The notes under the pieces: generated by a model
Database searches by the model: none
What the model was told of the DNA's origin: nothing
The model's input: only the letters and a program-made list of their open reading frames with translations
Shown: in pieces, positions 24,875-35,950 of the stretch
How positions within the stretch are numbered: the first letter of the stretch is position 1
How the letters are laid out: the number at the start of each line of letters is the position of its first letter
Program-made: the position numbers and the translations under genes
Assembly: GCF_000143415.4 (NCBI RefSeq)
Contig: NW_003314356.1
Location: forward strand, 186,001-250,000
Direction: 5' to 3'
Origin: Selaginella moellendorffii
Taxonomy: Eukaryota > Plantae > Lycopodiophyta
Length of the DNA stretch: 64,000 nucleotides

Positions 24875-27800
24875 TCACGCCTCCTCTGATTCAGATTCGG
24901 ATTGTTCACCTTGAAATAAAATACATTAGAAACTTAGTAAAGGAATATTAATGAATCTCACCTTGAACCCGGGTTATGAATGCTCTTGCTGCATCTCTTG
25001 CATGGTCTGGCAAGGTGATGGTGGCACTCTGCTTCTGCATCCAACCATGCACAACATTATCCACCGATATGCTCATGCTGGGATCCCTTGGATTCAGCAC
25101 CCATCTCTTTTCTAGGCAATCCTTCGTATATCCAGAACTTGGCTTGAACCACTCCACAGTTACATTGAAGGAGTTAGTTTCCGCGTCCTCCTCTGCATCA
25201 CTGATGCAGCGCCCCACCCATATCATTTGTTTTTTATTACTGGGTCTGATAAGCACGACCATTCCTTTGCAGACCTGTACTGGATTGAATGCTGAATCCG
25301 GCTTCTTGTTCCTCGGCCCACAATAGTGATCCTCAACATCGTTATCTGTCACTGCATTTCCAGAGGACATTGTTCCGCTACTATCTGGTGCTCTGGGTTC
25401 TGGCCAAAAGGACTCTTCCAATTCTTCATATACAACCGGCCCATTTTGGATAGCAGATATAATCTTCTCCCAGTATTCGAGCAAAGGCTTGCACCTCTGA
25501 AAATAGGATTCTCCACCAAACACCAACCCCCTCTTCCAGAAGGCAATATGCTGTCTAATCCCGGCCACTATACTTTCCTGATCTTTGAGTCCATCCGGGT
25601 GCATTGGCCGTGGGGAACCCTAAGGAATCATAGGTTCCCCAGTTATGGGATCTCTCTTGAAGAGTTCAATGCCGTCCACTGGCAGCCACATTGTGTCCCA
25701 TTCTCTCATCTTGTACCTCATCACTGGAGCACCGTCACGCATGCTGAAATGAAACTGAAGAGGCTTGGAGTGGCCAATCAGCGTTTCAGATCCGTCCCTG
25801 ATGTAGCCTCTTACAAACCCCTTAAAGTCTGGAACCTCTGTCACAAGTGCAGCTTCAACAGTGCCTTTGATGCAATTTTGGAATTCATCGTAGAGTTGTG
25901 GGAGGGTGAGGACATTGGATCGCCGGAGGGACTCTGCCAGGTGACTGAACATGGCATCGACGTCTTCATAAGTCTGCCCAACCATGAGAAAGCCAAGTGT
26001 AACCGTTTCAAATATGCCTTTGGCAACAAGCATCGCCAAGTACGCGAAGATGTACATGTTTTTGTTCTCACTGCCAGCATTGTCTGTTTGGAGCAGAAGA
26101 TGGGGTGGAAGGCCACATCGGCCGCAAGAACTTCCTTGAGATTCTGCTTCGTTTGGATGAGGCTGTGCATTCACCGGGCGATCAGCCTCGTCGGAATGGC
26201 ATGAGGCCTCACGTGATAACCCTACAATCTGACGGCCAACATATTCACTGGGATGGCATGGGGCCCCACGCAATACTACAAGCCTTTGCTCCTCCTCCAG
26301 CTGAACCCTGTATGGGGTTCGATCGACAAGGGCCTTATGCAAGGGTTGGCCGTTCAGCTCAGTCTGCACACTTTGCAGAGACCTTAAGTGTTTTGCTAGG
26401 GACGCAATCATCATGTTTGCACCCCCGCCACCCCATAGAGGTACAAAGAAGTTCCCATAGTTCTGGGCACCATGCCCATGAGCGATTATGCCAAACAGAG
26501 ACACAGGCAGCTGCATGGATGAAGAGATTGCCTTGGGGGCAGGATTGAGTCGAGGTAAGCACGTCTTTTTCTGGTCCATTTTGTCGTGGATGATGCAGAG
26601 GTAAGAGTCAGGTCTCTCCATGGAGAGAATCCTGTTATGATAATATGCAGTCCTGCAGCTTCTCTGCTCGATGTTGTGGTCGAGCCGCCTTCTAACCAAC
26701 GTCTCTTGCTCTTGAGCGCTGCAAGAATTCTTCGACAAAGCCATTTTGATAGCAGTGCACTCGTCACACTTTGAAAAGCTGGAGTACTTTCCTATACTCA
26801 CATTCCTGAACTTGTTGCTCCACAATCTACTAAATTTAGATTGGCTCAGCTTCCTGTAGCCATTACTCTGGAGTTCCCGATTCACATCTTCCAATATGGC
26901 CCCCTTGGTATACATGGAAGGGAGAACTCGTTGGGTGTCTCGTGTTCCATCTTCCAAGAGGCGGGTTTTATGTGGTTGCTGCTCGCTACATGTCTCGACA
27001 AACCTCTTGAAGATTGCCTCTCCATATACAACATGACCCTTGGTTTTATGCGTACCGTCATTCCCATGGACTGCCTGTTGAACCCTTTGTTCCTCGAACT
27101 CAGTTTTGATTCTGTAGAATGTGGTTCGAGGGACTCCATAAATGATTCTCCATGCTTTCATGCAGACCAAACCCCTCTGGAAGACCATGCCCCCCACCTG
27201 ATGTTCTGAAGCATCAACAGATGACCGTAATGCCTCATACACAAAATTGCGAGCTGCCTTCCAGGACAATGTCTTGTATCTTGCTCTCTCCTCTTCAATA
27301 GCATCCCAATCAGCATGTTGACAGCACCTCCTCTTGCAACAAACAACTGTCGAGACCATTCGAACCTCCATCGCCATTTTCTGCCTTTTCGGTTCGTTGC
27401 TCAGATCCCTTTGGCTGCGCTTTAGGAAGGTGTACTTTCTTTTCCCATGAAGAGATGTTCTATCATCAGTTGTAGTGGTGTTTGATTGTGAATCCTTCAC
27501 ATTCTCAAACACTAAGTGCCTCAATTTCCACCACACAATGCTTCCAATAGTCAGACTGTTTTCTTCTGTGTCAACAACCTCTAAAATCGCAACTCCAATA
27601 TCATCCCAGCCCAATTCTTGATTAGCAACCGCATCTCTTGGATCGACAACTGTGGCTAAGCCCTCAGCTACCACCTCCCCCTCGGGGTTGTTTAGAAACA
27701 CCTTTGCCTGAATCCATGTAGCACGGTTCTTAAGATCCACGGAGGGAACATGCGTCGCACTTGCGCTGTCCCCAACATCTGCTTTCTTCTGAAGATTTTT

Positions 27801-28016
27801 CAAGGCAACAACAACATTTACCCCGACGACCATCTCTCCTCGTTCAATAGCGACCACATTCCCATCGAAGACAGTCTCTACTGATACAGCAGCATTGCCT
27901 TCCCCAAGCCTTTCACAGTGTATAACAAAGTTCCGATCCATAGACACAAGGGTCCCTTTTGCAACTCTCTTCCCACCATTCAAAATGTAAACCTTTTCCC
28001 CAACCCTGAAGGCCAT
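24875..28016 (-). pseudogene. Sola1/DUF7869-like DDD transposase (~1,030 aa), one in-frame stop in copy 1
   Basis: CCKRRC, VCMKAWRIIYGV, FSKCDEC, IIHDKMDQKK, LQTDNAGSENKN, FLMVG(Q/H)T(Y/H)EDVDAMFS. TAA at 25620-25622 is CAA in copy 2, so ORFs 25620-28016 and 24948-25604 are one frame. A predicted intron at 24910-24961 gives a C-terminus GEQSESESEEA*. Confidence 0.8.
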
Positions 28017-29272
28017 TCTGAAAGTGCAAAAAAGACGTTAAAACCATACAAAAAATGATTGGAGAATGGCCTAAATCATAACATACCAAACAACCTCAAT
28101 AGCATGAGGCCATATGCCATTATTCAAACATGCTATTGACACCCACGTGAAATTTCGCATTCACAAAATTGGCATGAGGCCTCATGCCATCTTGATATAC
28201 ACACAGCTGCAGGCAAGTAAAAACATACATGACAATACGCTAGCCATGAAATTGCAAGGGCCCAAGATGGCATGTGGCCTCATGCCATTTCTAAATGTGG
28301 TCCTAAGCCATTCCATGGTGAACATACCAGGAAGCACAAGTGCCGAATATCAAGAGGAAGCGGTAGCCACACCAAAGACAGTGCCGCTCGCAACACTGCA
28401 ACTGCTCGTAGCGCCGCTCGCACAAACTGCCACTCGCATAAACTGCCGCTCGCAATGGCGCTCGCAATGCCGCAACCGCTCGTAGACGCATAAACCACAG
28501 CTCACAACGCCGCTTACACAAGCAGCGCTCACTGCGCTCAGCGGAACCAAGAACACGGCGCACAAAAATGATAGACCTAGGAATGAGTTCGAGAATTCAA
28601 AAATAACACACGCTTGAACGTCACATCAAATCCTCTGACAAACCAGATCTTATGACTCCTCTGACAAATTTCAAACTGAGTAGCTTCTAGACTTTGCTGT
28701 CGGAGGTTGAACTTTGTCACATCATGTCCTTGCCTCGATCCAGCTGTGCCATGTCAGTGATTCGAACTTTGCCATGCCATGTCAGCGATCTGCGCCAAGA
28801 TTATTCGCCGTGTAAAGGAATAATTATGCTGTGTGTGTACGTCCATTTATGGCAATATAAGGCCACACGCCATTCAAAGAATAATGCTAGTCGAGCATTT
28901 TTTGGTGCATTTTTGGGTTCAAAATTGCATGAGCCCGCACGCTATAAAGTTTACCTGTACCAAAAATAGAAACAGCTTTATTTACTTGGGAATTTAAGTG
29001 GTTGAGGCATTTTTAAACTTACAAACACATGCCCTACTTTGGTTGCTTAAAATTCAAAAATATTATAAACCTTTCTTTTTGTATTTTCAATGTTTTCAAT
29101 TATGGTTTTTGATTTTCGCAGGACCAGCCTAGTAATCTATTTGCATCCCGTCATGTTTATAGCTAGCTTTCGTTTGTCCCCTTCGCTAGCCTGAAATACA
29201 TCTGCTCGGCATCTGCCTATTACAGCATTTGCCCAGAAAGGGCATCTTTCTTCACGCAGCATTTGCCACATG

Positions 29273-29298
29273 TTTAGGGTTTAGGGTTTAGGGTTTAG
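29273..29298 (+). promoter_or_regulatory. Short interstitial plant telomeric repeat (telo-box-like) in the spacer between the divergent genes
   Basis: (TTTAGGG)3 TTTAG; mirrored at ~59855-59880. Confidence 0.6.
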
Positions 29299-30389
29299 CA
29301 ATTCAGTAGCTTGATAAACATGCAAATACAGAACTTGATGCAAAATCCTTTGATATGTCACAATGCCCCTAGGACCATAAACACATTTCAATAGAGAGGG
29401 TCCTTTCATTTCATAACTCCTTACGTAGATCTTGGTGAAACCAGAGTTAGTGAAGTTAGTTTCTTGTGATCCCGCATCTGATTGTGATGTCCCTTTGCAG
29501 TGTCAATGGAAAGGTCAATGCACACCAAACTGTAAAATCTTGGAGCAAAATAACGGTCGGATCTATGGCAAATGCCCCTGAAACATTGTAAGGCTCGTGT
29601 GGTCTCATGTAGTGTCCGATCGAGATGCTTCTTTGCAGGGTCATCAAGTAAGACATTGTATACCATTCTGTTAAATCTAGTTGCGATCTAACGGTTGGAT
29701 CTCCAGAAAACTCAAAAAAATCTCGCACGTGTCAGAATATCCTAGGAATATACTCCTATGTGCCCCTGAAAATGGCATGCGGCCCCACGCCATTCAAGAG
29801 ATAACGCCAGATGACGCCGAGAATTTTTTGGTGCATTTTTTGGGTTCAAAATTGCATGAGCCCACACGCTATAAAGTTTATCTTTGCCAAATAGAGAAAA
29901 GTTTATCTGTGTCATGTGAGGTAGTTACAATCCTTTGTGCTCGGCATCTGCCTCTTGCAGCATTTGCACTGAAAGGGAATTTTTCTCCATTCAGCATTTG
30001 GCCCTGAAAATGGCATGCGCCCACACGCCATTCAAGGAATAATGCCACAGGACGCCTGGATTTTTGGGTTTAAAATGTTTAGGGTTTTTTGGGTTTTTTA
30101 AAAATATTTTGGGTCCAACGTTTTTTGGGTTTCTTTGGTTCAAAATTGCATGAGCCCACACGCTATAATATTGATTTGAGAGAAAAATAGAAACAGATAG
30201 AATTTCTTTATTTAGCTGAACATCTGCCATTTTTGGAAATACAAGATGCTTTGGAATATCCAATCATTTCAGCGCCACTCTCCAACTGTTAAGTGGCAGA
30301 GTAGCCTTGTTGCTACGATCCGCTGCACACACAGTGCACATTCGCCAGCGAGTCCGGCCTCGATTGTCACGGCCTCCATTCGGCTTCAA

Positions 30390-33300
30390 ATGGTAAGTCT
30401 TTTAGGCCAAGTAGAAAATGGCATGAGGCCACATGCCATTCAGTAGCAACATTGGCATGCACCGATTGGGCTCTTGAGTGCAGTCCGGTTACAGATGGCG
30501 TCTAGCCTCACGCCATCTTAGGATGCAGCCTCAAGACATCTGATGTAGTGGTGAATGGCGTGTGGCCTCACGTTATTTCCAGCTGCTAGCTTTTCATCTG
30601 TCAGTTCTAATTGTTGTGCATTTTTGAACAGGCGAGGAATTGCGTTCTTCTTCCAGCCACTGTCAATGTGGATGCAGAGAAGGGGGAGGAGCTCACCAGT
30701 TGGACTTTCGGGATGGAAGGCGAGGATCTGAGGCTGTACAACACAGATGGTGGGAGAAAAGAATGCATGGGGATCCTCATCCAAGTGACAGACACTCCAT
30801 GCAGTTCCATGCAAGAATATGGACTGGCACTTGTGGTAGAGACAGCGTCCGCCTTCAAGATCCACCTTGCACATCCTAACGGCTTCCCGGAGGGGGGTAG
30901 CAGCTATGAGGAATTCCTAGAGGGAGCTAAGGAGAGGTTGTCCAGGAGGCCCACAATTTCAAAGACGCTGCAGGTCTATGAAGATCACATGGAATCCACG
31001 GACCTCACCTACGGCGATGTTCAAAAACTATATTCCAACATTGAGCCGTTGAGAGTGCCTCCAGTTCGCGAAGCGAAGGGGAAGGGGGTCGATCTGGAAA
31101 CTACCCCGAAGCAGAAAAGGGTGGTCAAGCTCAAGCCGACGTTCGACTCTCTTGCTCCAAAAAAGAAGCTACTCGGTGATGCCATTGCCTCGGGTTCGAA
31201 CACTACACCCACCAAAAAGAAGAGCTGCAAAGAGCAGAAAAAGCAAGAAGAGGCAGCAAAAATCGTCACAGATAATAGTACTTGTTACTATTCCAACAAA
31301 GTATATACAATCGACGTGAGCCGTATCGACATCCAAAGCAAATACAGCCACAGGCTAGTACCTGATGAGTGGGTGGAGAAAATGAAGCAGAAGATGCTAG
31401 CAAGTCTAGTAACACCCGACATCGCAGACGTGATCCCCTACTACCGAACAATGAAGGGCGAGACGAGGTTTCCAGACTTGATCAATAGGAAGGTGTTGGA
31501 CGATCAGAACATCCGGTTCTATGCCGTCTCCAGGCAGCATTCTAGCTTGGCGATGCAAGAGATAGTTGTGGATATTATGGTGGGCGAGGAGGTGAAGAAA
31601 GTCTTCAAAACAAGAGTTGTCCGCCTGATAAAAGGCAACTCGCCCCTCCGATCTATCATATCCATCTCCCACGCACAGAATGTCAAGCAAGAAACATGCT
31701 ACAAATTGGGTCTGCACGAGACATTGGCATGAACACGGAAGCTCTGGGTTCAACTGAAGAAGCCACAAAAACCAGGACAAGGACTTGCACTAGCAACTAG
31801 CGCCTGGCAGGTAAGCCTCGTTGCATGTGGCATAGCATGTGGCCTCACACCATTTCCATTGCAGGAATTCTCGAGTCTTCTCTCGAAAACACTGGGGGTC
31901 AATGACACACTCAGCATCCATAACATTCTACTCACAACAAAAGTTGTTTTTGACAAATGGGTAGATGTGCGGAGGAGGTACCATGACGGGGAGTTGCTAA
32001 ACTCAATGGGTGTGGAGGACGGCCGGAAGCCCAATGATTTGAAGCTCAACGCCTTGCGTTTCTTGCGGTCTCAAGATGACGGCGACCTTCAGACAGTGGC
32101 TAATGCTCTTCTACGTGGTGAGGTAGTCTTCAACAAGACCAAAATGACTCCCGCCATATTGTGACATACGAGGACTTGTGCACGACTCTGAGAGCTCGTG
32201 TGCTATTGAAGGATTGGATCTTCGAGCAAGTGGCCGTGGAGAGGGTGAGCATCGACACCACGCAAGAGATGATGGAAGAGTTGGAGTTGTCAAATGAAGA
32301 CATCGACGACTACGTGAAGGGGGCCCCCAAGTTCATCGATCTGCTGCGGGATGCCACGAAAAGTAAAGCTGAGAAGTTGGATCAGTATCCAAATTTCATT
32401 AAGAGGGATGTCGACCGCCGGCTTCAGAAACAGCTCGACCCCGCAACAGAGGCCTATCGAGAACCTTACCGGGTATACGTGAATTCGGATGAGGATCAAA
32501 GGTGGAGGAGCATCGTTTCCCGCGGAGATGAGCAGGTCAAAAACATCTTTTGTGTGATGGACTTCACAAACGAGGAGATCACTCATGCAGACGAAGTCAG
32601 CTCCATCATTGACTTAATGGTGGGACTTGCGGAGGTGGAATCTTCAGTCCACTATATGATCTACGACTCCGAATCCTATCACAAGTTCTGGAAGGCCTTG
32701 AACGAGGTGAAGGCTCGGTTGAAAGGCAAGGAGATGCGGGAGATCCATGGGATAATGGCTAAGAAGAAGATACCGACGAATGTCCGCATCTTCACACTCG
32801 CCCTTGTTATTGGTCCTGCAGCAGAGTGGGACTGGAGTGACTTCCCAGCTTCGTTCGACAAGGCCGATCGAATTGATCTGAGGGAGGTCAATTTACCCGT
32901 GCCTGAGGAACTGAAGACGGCTATGGAGCTTTCGAATCCAGAGAAAGCTCCAGGTGCAGCATGGGAAATGCTCAGCTGGGTCTTCAACGCAATAGCACCT
33001 GCTTCCGACTCCAAGGGCAAATGCGTTGTCGAGTATAACTGCGGCGGACTATTCTTTCGAGCCGCACTACTCAAGGGTGTCCCGTGTGTTGCGGTGACAA
33101 ACTCCATTGAAGAGGTGACTTCAATGAAGCATATAATTACAGTTGCCAAAGAAAAACAGTATCTTCTCTGCGAACCTGGTGAGTACGCACTTTAAGTTTA
33201 AATGTTATCTCACAAGCTCTGTATGCAGGAGCGTGGCCACCCCCAGATGCTGAAACGGCGTTAACAGCTACTGTTGAAGATACCCATGTTAGGCCGAGCT

Positions 33301-35950
33301 CACAACCTGCACAAGGTAAGGTCACGTGAGGCCTCACACCATTTTGATTATAGATCGTTGTGAATATTCAGACACGAGGACTGAAAAGCGCACTGGTGGC
33401 GCGTCGAAGAAGGACAAACAGACAAGCAATAGGAAAAAAGGAGGTACAAATTATATTTGCAATGGCGTGTGGTCTCATGCCATTCCTTGCAGGAGACACT
33501 TCTTCAAAGGCAAAACAGGCAAGCACCAGCCAAGCTCAAACTGACAGTGGTCATAAAAAGTGAAAGCACGTTGGACAGTTGTCGGGATCAGAGGCGTTTA
33601 ATTCGAAAAGGAAGAAGGGCAACGAAAAGATGATAGGTAATGCCTCGTGGTCACCACCTCCTGACTCAGATTCCTATGGCAGACTCCCCTTCCCCAATCT
33701 CAATGGAAAGGTACAATGGATGAGGGATGCTTTTCAAGTCAGGGCCACGTTTTTCTCATCTCGTCGTCTTCGAAGGGTGCAAGAACGTGCAGAAACCATG
33801 TTAAGATAGTCGGGTGAGGATACGGTCCTAGGTCACGCACTAAAACAGGCTATGGATGTCTTGTATTTTGAGATGGAGACTCGGCCAGATGATTTTCCCA
33901 AGATGGTCCTAGAAGAACAAGCCATCCAGCCTGAGCAGCCTATGGAAGAAATGCAGGAGGGGGATGAGGAGCCAGAGAAAAATAATGAGCAGGAAGAGCA
34001 GAAGGACGAAGAGGAGGACAAAGAAGAGGAGGACGAAGAAGAGGAGGACGAAGAGGACTTGGATGGTCCTCACAATGGTGACAATCACAATAACGACGAC
34101 GACGATGATGACGACAATGGCCAGGCTGAGGTGGCCAAAGAGCAGCGGAGGAAGGTCATACAAGACAAACCATCAGGTAAATAATAGTACATCCATTCCT
34201 AACCTTTTACCATTTCTAACATTGTCCATGTAGGTTGCAAAGCAAATGGTAAGTAGAGATTATTCAGTTGAATTAAGATACAAATTCTAGCCTTTAGTGT
34301 CGAGGAAGGATAGTGCCAAGCAAGGGTTGAAACGTATGTCCAATCCTTCAGAATCAGCAGTGCGCCCAAGTGATATCGGTCCTAGTTCCTCAATAGCAGT
34401 TGATGGTAAATACAGTATAGTCGATTCAATGTGCTAATAAGTTTGTTTTTAGTAGCCAGTAGGGAGGATACCATCTGAATCGAAAGGAGATATTTGGACA
34501 TGCATATGGATCCGCCAATGGACTCTACTTGCCTGCAAGAGTCATCAGAGCTGGTGGAGGCTACTATCCATATCAACGCCAAGCAAGCTGACCACGCTCC
34601 ACTTGATGCTGCCCATACCACTGAGTCAATCTTGTCCACGTATCCAACTGACGGTGACCAGGCGCCATTGGACCCGCATGAGGCCGCCCCAGCCGCCGAG
34701 CCGGTCGTATCCTCATTTCCAACGGACTCAACGTGTGCCCAATTGTCTGACTACGTGCCGTTGGAACCTCCCTACACCGCCCTTGCTGCCTGTTCAGTCA
34801 TGTCCACTTTGCCAACAGAGGCATCAGCTGAAATGGCGTGTGATCACACGCCATCGGAACCACCCCATGCCACTGTTGAGCCAGTTGTACCAGAGTCTAC
34901 AGCTGAAATGGCATGTGCCCACATGCCATCGGATGCGATTGACCCCACATTGCAGAGGAGAGTATTTCCGCCCTTCACGTTTCCTCGACCAAAACCCTCT
35001 CAACGACCATCGGGAGCACCATTCGCTAATATTGTAGATGGTAAAATTGACTTGTACCATTTTTTATGCTGACGCATTTCATTTCAGAGTCACAGCGAAG
35101 GTACTGTATCATTTTTTATCTGAACGGTGTCCTTTTCTCCCATGAGCATGGCTCGTCCTCGAATGTCACTGCACCCTCCAAAGCTTGCAGTCGCAAGTTG
35201 GTCAAAAGAGACAGATTCACATTAATCACACGGGAGAAACTGCGGGATCTAATAATGACCATGCGACACTTAAAACAGAGGGCCGGGTTCAATTTGCAAT
35301 TGGGAGTTTGGACATCCATAATGCGCCACAATGCATTAACGTTGCTACAGATGATGCACGATCAGACGCGAGTAATATTACCATTTGACTTTCTCCTAAC
35401 GCAGGAGGATTGCTTGACTATGGTCCATGTGAGGGGTAGCAAGCCCATCTTCGTCAAGCCAGAGGCTGTAGTGATGAACCGGACTGCTAGGTCAAGTGAA
35501 ATCCTCATCATCGATGACTCGCCGATTAAAACTGCAGCGAACACGCACACATATGCAGTGCACCCCATCTCTTGCAGTATGGAAACTAGGGAGAAGAAAC
35601 CGTATGTTCTGGGGGACCTTGCAAAACGGCTTGGAGCGATGGTGATAGAGAACCGGCCAGTCCAGGAGGTGGCTGCAGAAATTAACCAAATGGCAGATGG
35701 AACGGTATATCAGAAGCCATTTGATCGGACAGACACCAGTCATCATTTATGGCATGTATATTGTCTAGCCAAGCACTATCCGCATCTCCATAATCTGCTC
35801 AACCGGATGGGTTCTTCGACCACTGAACATGAGCATGGACGTATTAGAGAAGAGATGGCATTACTATTGGGTTTAAATCCTGATAGTGTGGAGAGTGATG
35901 AAATTCCAAGATTATTGTATAGGCGTTGGAGGCAAAAAATAACAGTCTAA
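30390..35950 (+). pseudogene. 10-exon transposon accessory gene: ParB-like domain + degenerate N4/N6-MTase-like fold + acidic linker + FCP1/NIF HAD phosphatase-like domain (copy 1, disabled)
   Basis: Predicted GT-AG introns 30393-30631, 31811-31864, 33179-33228, 33316-33371, 33444-33492, 34177-34233, 34249-34297, 34406-34452, 35041-35087 all keep frame (~1,640 aa). Copy-1 lesions (stops near 31730, 33561, 33807, 34476; 1-bp deletion near 32153) are absent in copy 2. Confidence 0.8.

Noticed and set aside
25326-26548. 292-aa and 147-aa antisense ORFs, the longer mirrored at 62948-63826
   Set aside because: Shadow frames of the transposase; their conservation only reflects the recent duplication.
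29273-29298. Chromosome end or telomere-healing site
   Set aside because: Under four units, and at the same internal position in both transposon copies.
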